A stretch of DNA of 64,000 bases from Dehalococcoidia bacterium (GCA_963667465.2 CAXXDN010000002.1:1792001-1856000); one strand, 5' to 3'; counted from the first letter of the stretch, positions 1 through 9,117 are shown. The notes: generated by a model not told the origin, from the letters alone. A program made the numbers and translations.

Positions 1-693
1 GCAGGGTTCGACAACCCATGCGTTCGGCCGGAGGTGAAGAGGACGCTCAGGAGCGCCACGCGAAAAGCCGGCAGGGCACAGAAGCAGGCCAAGGGGCTGA
101 CAGCAGACGGGCTCGCCGCGATCCGGTCGACAGCCTGCGAGCCGCGAGCCGGCAGGGGCGGGCGGCCGGAGAGTGCGGAGACTGCGGAGTCCCGAGGCAG
201 GCTGGACATCGCGGTAATCAGCCTCATGCGCGACGCCATGCTGAGGGTCTCAGAGGCCGCGGCCCTGACCTGGCTGGACATAGAAGAGGAACCTGACGGG
301 ACGGGGCGCCTCCTGATTCGGCGCTCCAAGACGGATCCTGAGGGTTCCGGTGTTGTCGCGTTCGTGTCCGCCCCGACCATGGAGGCGCTCGGATCGATAC
401 GAAACGGTGCCCCGACCAGCGCCAACATATTCGGGCTGCGGCCAAACCAGATGTCGAAGCGCATCAAGAAAGCCGCGCAGGCGGCGGGGCTCGGGGACGG
501 CTTCAGCGGTCACTCGCCACGGGTGGGGATGGCACAGGACCTTGTGCGGGCTGGCGTCGAGTTGCCCGGCCTCATGACGGCCGGGCGGTGGCGCACACCC
601 GCCATGCCAGCGCGCTATACCCGCAATGAGACCGCCAGCAGGGGCGCCATAGCGCAGTTCTACCGCACCTACCCCCTGGCCAGCCGAGCGTGA
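1..693 (+). CDS. Tyrosine recombinase, Cre-like (5' truncated by the window)
   Basis: Frame is open from base 1; catalytic motifs LRVSE, RRSKTD, GHSPRVG, GRW...RY (Trp at the second His position, as in Cre). Confidence 0.9.
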   Translation, partial: AGFDNPCVRPEVKRTLRSATRKAGRAQKQAKGLTADGLAAIRSTACEPRAGRGGRPESAETAESRGRLDIAVISLMRDAMLRVSEAAALTWLDIEEEPDGTGRLLIRRSKTDPEGSGVVAFVSAPTMEALGSIRNGAPTSANIFGLRPNQMSKRIKKAAQAAGLGDGFSGHSPRVGMAQDLVRAGVELPGLMTAGRWRTPAMPARYTRNETASRGAIAQFYRTYPLASRA

Positions 694-1093
694 GCGAGGA
701 CCAGGAGGAGTTTGCAGAGTATCAGTAGCCCGTAGTAGGCTCCGCCGGAGCAACCATCAATGCCGAGGAGTCAAGCGATGGATAACTGCACTTATTCTCG
801 CTTTGATTGTGAAGAACTGAACGACTAACCGCGTTCTTTAGTGACTGAAGCGGCCCCATCTTATCCTGCTCCTCGCGAAGCTGGTCGAAGACCACATAGC
901 TGCCTACTTGTATTGTACTCTTTGAGCTATTGTGTGGCAGTAATCGGACTGTAAGGAAACTGCATCAGCGCGACCGCATTTGACTCGACCTTGATGTAGC
1001 GCCGAATCCCGAGGATCCACCTCGGGGGTGCTGACTTACTGGCCCCGTGCGGGACCGTGCCTCTATCCAGGGAGGGTCCCTACCGGCCGCGAT

Positions 1094-1462
1094 TCATCGC
1101 TCGCTGCGCAGTCTCTCGCGGTGTTGAGCCCGAACGAACTTGATGAAGTTGTGAATCGACTCGACATCCTCAGGCGGGAGGCCGGTAACCGCGTCGCGGA
1201 ATGAGACCTCCGCGGCTTTGAGCAACTCGGACTCGACGACGGATTGCCCCAGGAGATGCTCGGGGCTCGTCTCGCAGTGGAACGCCACCTCGACGAGGTG
1301 TTCGTGCTGGGGCTTCATGCGCCCCGCCTCCCACGCCCAGACCGTGTGCGAAGCAACGCCGACGAGCTCACCGAGTTGGCGCTGGGTCAGGCCTACTCCC
1401 TTGCGCGCCTCACGGATGCGCGCCCCAAGGTCCTTCCAGCGGTATCCGCGATCCCTGGTCAT
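1094..1462 (-). CDS. XRE-family HTH repressor (cI-like, no S24 peptidase domain)
   Basis: LGARIREARKGVGLTQRQLGELVGVASHTVWAWEAG; ATG at 1462; divergent from the XRE trio. Confidence 0.88.
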   Translation of the reverse strand: MTRDRGYRWKDLGARIREARKGVGLTQRQLGELVGVASHTVWAWEAGRMKPQHEHLVEVAFHCETSPEHLLGQSVVESELLKAAEVSFRDAVTGLPPEDVESIHNFIKFVRAQHRERLRSER

Positions 1463-1514
1463 GCGTTGAGGGCCCCTGTCCTTCGCCCGCCGAGGGAGAT
1501 TGCGCCAACAGGAT

Positions 1515-1562
1515 AGAACGGGTGTTCTTGACATGCACTGTGGTCACGCATAGAGTACCACA
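1515..1562 (+). promoter_or_regulatory. Sigma70 promoter with LexA-type SOS box and an operator palindrome
   Basis: AGAAC-GGGT-GTTCT 1515-1528; TTGACA 1528-1533, 17 bp, TAGAGT 1551-1556; inverted repeat TGTGGT-N12-ACCACA 1539-1562 spanning the -10 box. Confidence 0.75.
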
Positions 1563-1600
1563 CTGTCCAGACGCAGATCATCGAGGAACTACGCACCGCC

Positions 1601-1843
1601 ATGCCCCGCCGTCGAGCCGTGGTCAGACTCAAGCCCGAGCCGCTCTGGGAGCGGTTGGCCGTTCTCGGTCGCTCCCAGAACTGGCTCGCGCGCGAGGCCG
1701 GGATCAGCCCCGGGTACCTGTCCATGCTCGTCAACGGCAAGCGCTCCCCATCTGGACGCCTCCGCCGGCGGTTGCAACGGATCCTCGAGGTGGAGGACTT
1801 CCATGAGCTGTTCACCTTCGGGTCCACGCCAGACGAACCGTAG
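1601..1843 (+). CDS. XRE-family HTH protein (Cro-like)
   Basis: SQNWLAREAGISPGYLSMLVNGKRSPS; GAGGA upstream. Confidence 0.85.
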   Translation: MPRRRAVVRLKPEPLWERLAVLGRSQNWLAREAGISPGYLSMLVNGKRSPSGRLRRRLQRILEVEDFHELFTFGSTPDEP

Positions 1844-1880
1844 GAGTTCGCCCCGGCTTCCGTTTCACGGCGGCGGACCG

Positions 1881-2153
1881 GTGATTGCTGGCCGTCCCGT
1901 GCCCTACCCGAGCGGCGAGTTGCCCGAGGACTTCCCGGAGCGGCTCGAACGGCTGAAGCACGCGAGTGGCCTCTCATGGGACGCCTTCGCCGAAGCCCTG
2001 GGCGTCGAACGCAAGCAGGTACTCCGCTGGCGTCGCGGCACCGAGCCCAGCGGCAGCGCCTACCACGCCCTCGTCGAGCTGGCCCGCTGGATCCCGGGCG
2101 GTATCGAGATCCTCTTCGGCGAGGACTTCTTCCCGTCCCCGGACGGGAGGTAG
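1881..2153 (+). CDS. XRE-family HTH protein
   Basis: FPERLERLKHASGLSWDAFAEALGVERKQVLRWRRG; start uncertain (GTG 1881). Confidence 0.8.
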   Translation: MIAGRPVPYPSGELPEDFPERLERLKHASGLSWDAFAEALGVERKQVLRWRRGTEPSGSAYHALVELARWIPGGIEILFGEDFFPSPDGR

Positions 2154-2156
2154 GTC

Positions 2157-2420
2157 ATGCCGCGACGTCGAGCGCGGCCCCGGCGGGTCGCCTACGCACA
2201 CCCCAACGGATTCGCCAGGAGCCTCGTCCGCATCAAAGAGGCGTCCGGTCTGACATGGGCGGCGCTCGCCCGCGAGCTCGGGACCACCACGCTCAACGTC
2301 TGGCGATGGCGGAAGGGCGTGCGCCCCAACGCGCACCACCTGCTCGCCCTCCAGGACCTGGCCCGTCGGATGGACCTCGAGCACCTACTACCGAGGGCGC
2401 ACGTGCGGCGGCGCCTGTAG
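2157..2420 (+). CDS. XRE-family HTH protein, paralogue of the upstream gene
   Basis: IKEASGLTWAALARELGTTTLNVWRWRKGVRP; GGGAGGT RBS. Confidence 0.85.
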   Translation: MPRRRARPRRVAYAHPNGFARSLVRIKEASGLTWAALARELGTTTLNVWRWRKGVRPNAHHLLALQDLARRMDLEHLLPRAHVRRRL

Positions 2421-2502
2421 GCGACAGGTCCATCATTGGAACCGCTACCAGGACGCGGACTCGGGCGACCGGTCCACTAGCGCCGACGGCCCGCTCGTCG
2501 CA

Positions 2503-5500
2503 TCAGGCTCCACTGAAGACGAACGCCGCCCAGAAGGATGGTGCGCTGTACCGTGCCGACCCATTCGAGACGCTCGACGACCGGCGGCCACGGGGCAGCG
2601 CGCGCAGTGGCGCTCGCATTGATTCATAAGCATCGAGCTCAGCTTCGTCCGCATCGCGCAGCCAGAGCTGAGCTTCGCGGAGCGCGGCCGCTGGTGGCCT
2701 CTTCGCGAGGAAGAGCTCCTCGTAGAACCTGGATACGATGAGGGCAGTTGCGAAGTCGTCCACCTCCCAGAGCGTCGAGATGACGCCTGCAGCCCCCGCG
2801 GCGACGAAAGCCGTCGCGAGGCCGAGAGCTTCATCCACCGCTTCGTACTCTTGGACCACACCTGTCTCGCACGCGGATGCGACCACGAGTCGGGCAGGGA
2901 TCTCCAGGCCGGCAACTTCGAGGGCGGAGAGTTCTTCCTCCCCTGAGAGCGACAGGGCCGCCGAGAGCAGTGGGTCCAAGAGTCCGCCTCCGCCGTGGCA
3001 GGCGAAGTGGACGTGCGTCGCTGGCGGCAGTACCTCCAACACCCGCTCCTTCGTCGCCTCTGCTCCCTTTAGCACCAGACTCTGTGCCGCCGGCACGAGT
3101 GCTTCAACGAGCTCGATCTCGAGTTCAGCTCCGTTGAGCGGGCGTGAGTGAGGGAGGGGGTTAGCGATCCCAACAAAACGAATCGGATCACTATCCTGCC
3201 GAGATGCGCGTTGCATGCAGGCGAGTTGGAGCCGAGCCGACGGGGCGAACGTCACATCGAAGTCGTCGATCAAGCACCGCTGACTCCCGGCAGGATCCCT
3301 CCAGGCAATAGCATGTAGCGGCATCAGCCCGAGGAGTCCCGCAGGGACCAGCGTGACACCGGACGCGCCGCGACCAGCCAGCGAGTCTGCGAGAGGGCGA
3401 AGCAGTTGTTCACCGATGAGGGGCGAGAGGGCCGCGATGGCTGTATCGAGATGCTCCGGCGCGTGCGCTTGGGCGGCCAGATATGCAGCCGAGCCCACGT
3501 GGGTCCCGTCCGCATCAAGACCCATCATCGCCATGCGAACGATCGCCTGCGAGTCACAATCAGGCGCGTGGATCGCCTCGACCTCTATGCCGGTATCGTC
3601 AGTTCTGTCCACGATGATCGCGAACGAGCCTCCGGGTGCGGAGCCTAGGTAGACGAGCGGCCGTTGGGGCTGTGCAACCTTGCCGATCCCATCGAGAGTC
3701 GGAGGATCAAGAGCCTTCTCGAAGGTTGGGATCTGTCGCAAAGCGGAGCGGATCCGCGCGAACCGCTCCGAGCGATCCGACGCTGAGCGGTCCTCCAAGC
3801 CGAGGATGTCCGCCCGGAACGAAGCGATCGCATTCTCAAGTTCGACACGCAGGCCCGGATCGAGGTGGGACAGCGCACCGAGATCGATGCTTTCGGCCAA
3901 CGTAAGCAAGCCGAGCTCCCTGGTTCGCCCGAGTTCCAGCGCCGTCACGGCCTTCTCTAGACGACCCGCGCGCACCAGTGCGTGTGCAGCGAAGCGAAAA
4001 TCTGTCGTGCTCTTGCTATGCTCCGACATCCGATCGTCGGCGTGCGAGTGGGTGGAGATCGCTGATGCTGCAGCCTCAATGAGGTGCTGTGCAGCATCTG
4101 CAGCGAGATCCACGTCGTCTCGCTCCTCTGCCAGCGCAATGAGGCGCCGACTGGCCTCGCGGGCCTCTGTCGGCCCCATGTCTGCCGACAAGGCGGTGAG
4201 TGCCATCTTCAGGGCTTCGATCGCGCCATCTTGATCGGCGCGTGCCGAGCGGATCTTTCCGATGGTGAACCATGCATGGCCAAAGCGGAGCGGCGACGCC
4301 CCCACCGGACTGAGTCGCACCGACTCCATGGCGCTCGCCTCGGCCCGATCTAGAAGCTCCGATTGATGAGCAGGGGCGATGCCAGCCAATTGCGAGAGCT
4401 GGTACTGCTGGGCGGCAAGATTGTGCTCGGCAGAAGCGAGGAGTGGGGCTTGGCTGGCAGAGCGCGCCCCGTCGCGCGCATTCGCGGTGTGACGGATGGC
4501 CCTACGCAGATTGGCCCCGCGATCGCCGGAGTCGGCACGCGCGTAGGCCATCCCAAGATGCAGTTGGGTGAAGGCCCAATTTCCGGGATCCCGCTCGCGT
4601 GACCGGTGATTCAGAGCAAGTTCAAGGTGTTCACGGGCCTGATCGACGTCACCTGCATCTCCGCGATTTAGAAGGAGGAGCGCGAGATTGGTCTGAGCCA
4701 TGGCCCAACTGTCGCGGTCGCCCGACTGCCATGACAGATCGATCGCGTCCCTGAGCAGTGTGATGCTCTGGGTGCGGCTCCATGCCGGATCGCCGCGCGG
4801 ACGGATCCCGAATGCCATGCTCAAGTTCATCAGAGTGGGGACTCGACGCTGCGGGTGATCGACGTCCGGGTGCGCGTCCAGGATCGAAATCACCATCCTG
4901 AGTAACTCGATGGCGCGTTCGATGTTCTGCTCGCGGTCTGCTCCCTCGCCCTCAAGGAGAGCCGCGGCTGTCCTGGCGGCTACTTCCGCCCGCCGCTCTG
5001 GATAGGTGCCCGACGGCAAGAAGTCCAGTAGATCTAGCCCGGCCTGAGCCAGTGCCTTCGGATCCGCTCCGCGCTTCGCATCCTCGAACGCGCGCTGCCG
5101 CGGAACGACCTCCTCATCCCAGAATCTGCGGATGACCGATTCGCGCACGGACCAGGCACCACTCAAGTCTCCCCGTCGGACGAGCTGCGCCGTTCGCAGC
5201 ATCGACTCGGCGAATCTCCGCCTGTCTTCAGTCGTGGCGCTTTCCAGATGCTGTCCGAGGCGCTGTTCCGCTTCGTCAGTCGCGATCTCCGGCCACCGCT
5301 CTACCACTTCGCGAAGTTGCTCCTCGCTCCCGACGAGCGCGAGGTCCTCAAGCCCACTCTCGATCCGCTGTCGCCTCTGATTGACCTCGATCGCCATCAG
5401 CAGTCTTCGATAAGCGGGTTCATGAGGAGCGGCGTCGCCTGCACCTGCTCTTAGCGCCTCGGCGTCGGCATCTATGTCCAGACCCACACCCGCCTCGAGC

Positions 5501-5850
5501 TCATCGAACGTAACCACTACGGGGGGGCCGGGGACTTCGCGAACGGCATCGCCCAACTCGTGTCGGACAACGGCGACTATATCGGCAAGGCCCTCGATTG
5601 GATCTAGATCGTCGTCGCTCGCGCGTGCCGCGATTAGAGGAGCTGCCTTCGCGAGGCGGAGCACAAGCAGCGGCATGGAGCGGTTCAGTGGCCGATCGCA
5701 ACTCGAGCACTTGGACTCGATCAGGTCCGGAAGTCGCTCAACCAGATCTGGGCGCTCAACGGCGTCGATCGCGAGCCACGTGACCTGCGAGGTCGCTTCG
5801 CCGCACCTAGCGCACTTCCAGTCCACGGTCCTGGCTTGGGATATCGGCAT
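2503..5850 (-). CDS. CpXC zinc-ribbon / TPR / CHAT (caspase-like protease) protein
   Basis: N-terminal CARC...CSSC pair; TPR-like repeats (WAMAQTNLA, WAFTQLHLGMAY); CHAT catalytic HFACHG and SACETG, LWEVDD, terminal FWAAFVFSG. ATG 5850 (upstream GTG 5886 possible). Confidence 0.9.
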   Translation of the reverse strand: MPISQARTVDWKCARCGEATSQVTWLAIDAVERPDLVERLPDLIESKCSSCDRPLNRSMPLLVLRLAKAAPLIAARASDDDLDPIEGLADIVAVVRHELGDAVREVPGPPVVVTFDELEAGVGLDIDADAEALRAGAGDAAPHEPAYRRLLMAIEVNQRRQRIESGLEDLALVGSEEQLREVVERWPEIATDEAEQRLGQHLESATTEDRRRFAESMLRTAQLVRRGDLSGAWSVRESVIRRFWDEEVVPRQRAFEDAKRGADPKALAQAGLDLLDFLPSGTYPERRAEVAARTAAALLEGEGADREQNIERAIELLRMVISILDAHPDVDHPQRRVPTLMNLSMAFGIRPRGDPAWSRTQSITLLRDAIDLSWQSGDRDSWAMAQTNLALLLLNRGDAGDVDQAREHLELALNHRSRERDPGNWAFTQLHLGMAYARADSGDRGANLRRAIRHTANARDGARSASQAPLLASAEHNLAAQQYQLSQLAGIAPAHQSELLDRAEASAMESVRLSPVGASPLRFGHAWFTIGKIRSARADQDGAIEALKMALTALSADMGPTEAREASRRLIALAEERDDVDLAADAAQHLIEAAASAISTHSHADDRMSEHSKSTTDFRFAAHALVRAGRLEKAVTALELGRTRELGLLTLAESIDLGALSHLDPGLRVELENAIASFRADILGLEDRSASDRSERFARIRSALRQIPTFEKALDPPTLDGIGKVAQPQRPLVYLGSAPGGSFAIIVDRTDDTGIEVEAIHAPDCDSQAIVRMAMMGLDADGTHVGSAAYLAAQAHAPEHLDTAIAALSPLIGEQLLRPLADSLAGRGASGVTLVPAGLLGLMPLHAIAWRDPAGSQRCLIDDFDVTFAPSARLQLACMQRASRQDSDPIRFVGIANPLPHSRPLNGAELEIELVEALVPAAQSLVLKGAEATKERVLEVLPPATHVHFACHGGGGLLDPLLSAALSLSGEEELSALEVAGLEIPARLVVASACETGVVQEYEAVDEALGLATAFVAAGAAGVISTLWEVDDFATALIVSRFYEELFLAKRPPAAALREAQLWLRDADEAELDAYESMRAPLRALPRGRRSSSVSNGSARYSAPSFWAAFVFSGA

Positions 5851-6150
5851 TTGGAACAGTCTCGGTTGCCGACGCAGCCCCGGCACTCATCCGTTGGAGG
5901 GCGGCGTTGATCGAAATCTCTTGAGCTTTGCGAATACCGCGAGGATCCCCAGCAGTCTCGCGCAACCGCGCTCCTCGACCAACCCTCCTCGCTCACCGGC
6001 TCTGACACGCCGGGGCCGTTCATGAATGAAGTCCCTTGCAGGGGACTCCGCGCGCGGGCCCGCGCCTCGACACTCCCCGCCCAGACTGTTGCACGATGCA
6101 CCCGACCCGCAGCTTCGCTGTCGCGCGCATCACACGGGCGAACAACCACC

Positions 6151-6366
6151 ATGGACCGCACACCTGACCGCGAGACTCGGGAAGCTCACGCCCCACGGAC
6201 TGCCGGAGAGCCGGCGGCCAAGGATGACGCCGTCGCGCTTGAGACCCGCTGGCGGACGGGTCCGCGAACACGGGCCTGGAGCGAACTCTGGCGCCGGCTC
6301 CTCGATGGGTTGCACGTCGCGCGGGCTAGCGATCGCCCCGCCACGGACGACGAGTCGGCATCGTAG
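6151..6366 (+). CDS. Small hypothetical protein upstream of the serine recombinase (possible directionality factor)
   Basis: Short ORF with amphipathic AWSELWRRLL motif, co-oriented with the recombinase; no clear RBS. Confidence 0.45.
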   Translation: MDRTPDRETREAHAPRTAGEPAAKDDAVALETRWRTGPRTRAWSELWRRLLDGLHVARASDRPATDDESAS

Positions 6367-6445
6367 GCGAGCCGCTGCTCAGCGAAGCTCACCCACGCGG
6401 CCGCAGTTGACGGCCGTCGTATCGTGATCCAGCGCCGGGAGGTGA

Positions 6446-8023
6446 ATGATGAAGGCGATTATCTACTCGCGCGTTTCGACGGACGCGCAGGAGCGCGACG
6501 GAACTTCGCTCGACACCCAGGAGCGTGCCTGCGCGGAGTACGCAACCGGGCAAGGTTGGGAGGTCGTCCGCCGCATCCGCGACACGGACAGCGGCGCTCT
6601 CCTCGAACGCGAAGGACTGACCGAACTGCGTGAAGCGCTCCGGCATGGGACGGCCGATGTGATCGTCGCCTTCGCCGTCGATCGCCTCTCGCGTAGCCAG
6701 AATCACATCGGCATCCTGTTCGACGAGTTCGAGGGCGCGGGCGTCACCATGGCCTTCGTGACCGAGCGCTTCGAGGACACGGCGGTCGGACGCTTCATCC
6801 TTGCCGCGCGCGCCTTCATCGCTGAGGTCGAGCGCGAGAAGATCGCTGAGCGCACGATGCGCGGCAAGGAAGAGCGCGCTCGCAGCGGTCGCATTCCCCA
6901 GGCGACAGGTCGCGGGATGTACGGCTACTGCTACGACTCCGACACCGGCCGTCGCGTCATCAACGGCGATCAGGCCGCTGTGGTCCGTCGTGTCTTCGAG
7001 GACTTCGCCGGCGGCGCGTCGATCATCGGCATTACCAACGCGCTCAACGAGGCAGGGACCCTGAGCTTCACAGGGCGAGCATGGTCGGCCTGGACCGTGA
7101 AGAACATGCTGCGCAACCCAGGGTATGCCGGGCGAACGATCTTCAAGCGCACGAAGACGGGCCACCGGCGCGATCCACTCACCGGCAAGCGGCGTCGCAC
7201 GGTCGCGCTGAGGAACGAGTCGGAGTGGATCGAGGTGCCGGACGCGACACCGGCGGTCATCTCCGAGCAGTTGTTCGATGCGGTGCAGACCCGGCTCCTC
7301 GACCCGGAGCGGCGGCGCCAGGCACAGCGTAAGAACGATTATCCCCTCCGTGGCACCGTGCGTTGCTCACACTGCCACAGCGCGATGGTGGGCCAGACGT
7401 CGATGGGCAAGTACCGCTACTACCGCTGCCGGCGGGCCTACGCGGGTCCGCGCCACGACCGCTGTCCTGCGCGGTACGTCCGCGCAGGTGACCTCGAGCG
7501 TGCGGTGGCGCGCGAGCTCACCACGGTGCTCGCCTCGCCGGAGGTGGTGCTGGCCGAGCTGGAGCATGCGTCCTCAGACGACGCGCGCGATGATGACTTG
7601 AGCGCCGCCCAGCAACTCGTCGCGTCGCTCGACGATCAGCGACAGCGGCTGCTCAAGCTCTTCCAAATGGGCGAGGTCGATGAGGCGTACCTGCAGAAGG
7701 AACTCGAGACGATCCGCGTCCGACGCTCGCCGGCCGAGGCGACCATCGCTCGACTGAACGGCTCGGGCTCGACGCCCCGCATTCCGGCGAACCCCGACGA
7801 GTTCGCCGCCACATGTGAGGCGCTGCGGGAGCGCGTCGCGGAGGAAGTCAAGGCGGGTCGGCTCAATGAAGTCGCCGAGGCGATGCAGATCTCGATCACG
7901 ATCGCGCGAACCGGCGACGGAGCGTCAGGCGCGCTCGAGGGCGTGATCCCGCACGAAATCGGTAGATTTGGCGAGGATTTTTCTCACCACTGCACGAACA
8001 TCGGCATGACGACGTGGGTGTAG
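6446..8023 (+). CDS. Large serine recombinase (integrase)
   Basis: YSRVST catalytic Ser, DRLSR, recombinase domain, zinc ribbon CSHC...YRC...C, coiled coil; GGAGGT RBS. Confidence 0.95.
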   Translation: MMKAIIYSRVSTDAQERDGTSLDTQERACAEYATGQGWEVVRRIRDTDSGALLEREGLTELREALRHGTADVIVAFAVDRLSRSQNHIGILFDEFEGAGVTMAFVTERFEDTAVGRFILAARAFIAEVEREKIAERTMRGKEERARSGRIPQATGRGMYGYCYDSDTGRRVINGDQAAVVRRVFEDFAGGASIIGITNALNEAGTLSFTGRAWSAWTVKNMLRNPGYAGRTIFKRTKTGHRRDPLTGKRRRTVALRNESEWIEVPDATPAVISEQLFDAVQTRLLDPERRRQAQRKNDYPLRGTVRCSHCHSAMVGQTSMGKYRYYRCRRAYAGPRHDRCPARYVRAGDLERAVARELTTVLASPEVVLAELEHASSDDARDDDLSAAQQLVASLDDQRQRLLKLFQMGEVDEAYLQKELETIRVRRSPAEATIARLNGSGSTPRIPANPDEFAATCEALRERVAEEVKAGRLNEVAEAMQISITIARTGDGASGALEGVIPHEIGRFGEDFSHHCTNIGMTTWV

Positions 8024-9117
8024 CGGTCGTCGCCGACGGGGCGGAGGACGCCGGGGCTTGAGGGGGAGCTGGTTTCGACGGCGACCCGGTCGGCGTCGAG
8101 GACTTGCAGGACCTCGGTCAGATAGCGGCTGTTGAAGGCGATCTTCGCCTCCTCGCCTTCGACGATGGCGTCCAGCTCACCTTCGTTGTTGCCCAGCTCT
8201 TCGGCGCGCGCGGTGATCAGCAGCCGACCGGGCGCGGCGTCCTCGCCCGGGGTGGCGACGAGCCGCACGATGCCGGATCCGTCGCGCGCGAAGATCGAGG
8301 CGATGCGCGTCTCTCGCATGAACTCGGCGACGGCGATCTCGGTCCGCGTGGCGTGCGCGCTGGGAATCAACTGGTCGTAGTTGGGGAACGTGCCCTGCAA
8401 CAGCGTGGCGCTCAGCGTCGCGTGGCCGAGGTCGAAGAGCACCTGCGTGCCGACGGCGTTGAAGCGCATCTCCACCGGGTCCTCGACCTCGGCGAGCATC
8501 CGCGCCAGTTCGCCGAGGGCGCGCGCGGGGACGATCGCCTCGCGCTCGGGGGGACTGCCTTCGAGCTCCATCGTGTGGACCGCGAGGCGAAAGCCGTCGG
8601 CGGCGGCGAGGCGCAACTGGTCACCCTTGATGCCGAAGTGGACGCCGGTGAGCACCGGCCGGGAGTTGTCCGTCGCAGCGGCGAAGACCACCTGGTTGAT
8701 TGCGCGCCGAAGCGCGGCCGGATCGAGGGTGAGCGAGTCTCCGTCCTCGACCGGGGGGATGGGCGGGAAGTCGTCCGCGCTCTGCCCGCCGATGGAGGCC
8801 TCGTTGCGGGCACAGGAGAGGCTGACCTGGCGCGAGCGTTCGGCCAGCGAGAGGTTGATCGGCTGCTGCGGGAGCGAGGCGACGAAGTCGGAGAGCAGCC
8901 GCGAGGGGAGCGTGATCGCCCCGGCTTCCTCGGTGTCGGAGGCGATCGTGTAGGTGATCGCGATCGTCTCGGCATCCGTCGCCGAGAGCGTGAGGCTCGA
9001 GTCGCCCGACTCGAGCAGGATGTGACCGGCGATGGGGAGCGAAGATCGCGCTGGTACGGCGCGCGACACGGCGCTCAGGCCGCGGTGAAGGGCTTCCTGT
9101 TGGACCGTAAGCTGCAT
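7984..9117 (-). CDS. dnaN: DNA polymerase III beta sliding clamp
   Basis: 377 aa; SRPVLTGV, AADGFRL, GTFPNY, IAFNSRYL, VVMPM. Confidence 0.97.
   Translation of the reverse strand: MQLTVQQEALHRGLSAVSRAVPARSSLPIAGHILLESGDSSLTLSATDAETIAITYTIASDTEEAGAITLPSRLLSDFVASLPQQPINLSLAERSRQVSLSCARNEASIGGQSADDFPPIPPVEDGDSLTLDPAALRRAINQVVFAAATDNSRPVLTGVHFGIKGDQLRLAAADGFRLAVHTMELEGSPPEREAIVPARALGELARMLAEVEDPVEMRFNAVGTQVLFDLGHATLSATLLQGTFPNYDQLIPSAHATRTEIAVAEFMRETRIASIFARDGSGIVRLVATPGEDAAPGRLLITARAEELGNNEGELDAIVEGEEAKIAFNSRYLTEVLQVLDADRVAVETSSPSSPGVLRPVGDDRYTHVVMPMFVQW

Larger units (their letters stand above)
1..7990. mobile_element. Right part of an integrative genomic island ending at the dnaN 3' end (left end outside the window)
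   Basis: Two recombinases, an XRE switch and a cargo gene; visibly more A/T than the core genes; the serine recombinase ORF runs into the dnaN stop region. The right boundary is approximate. Confidence 0.8.
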
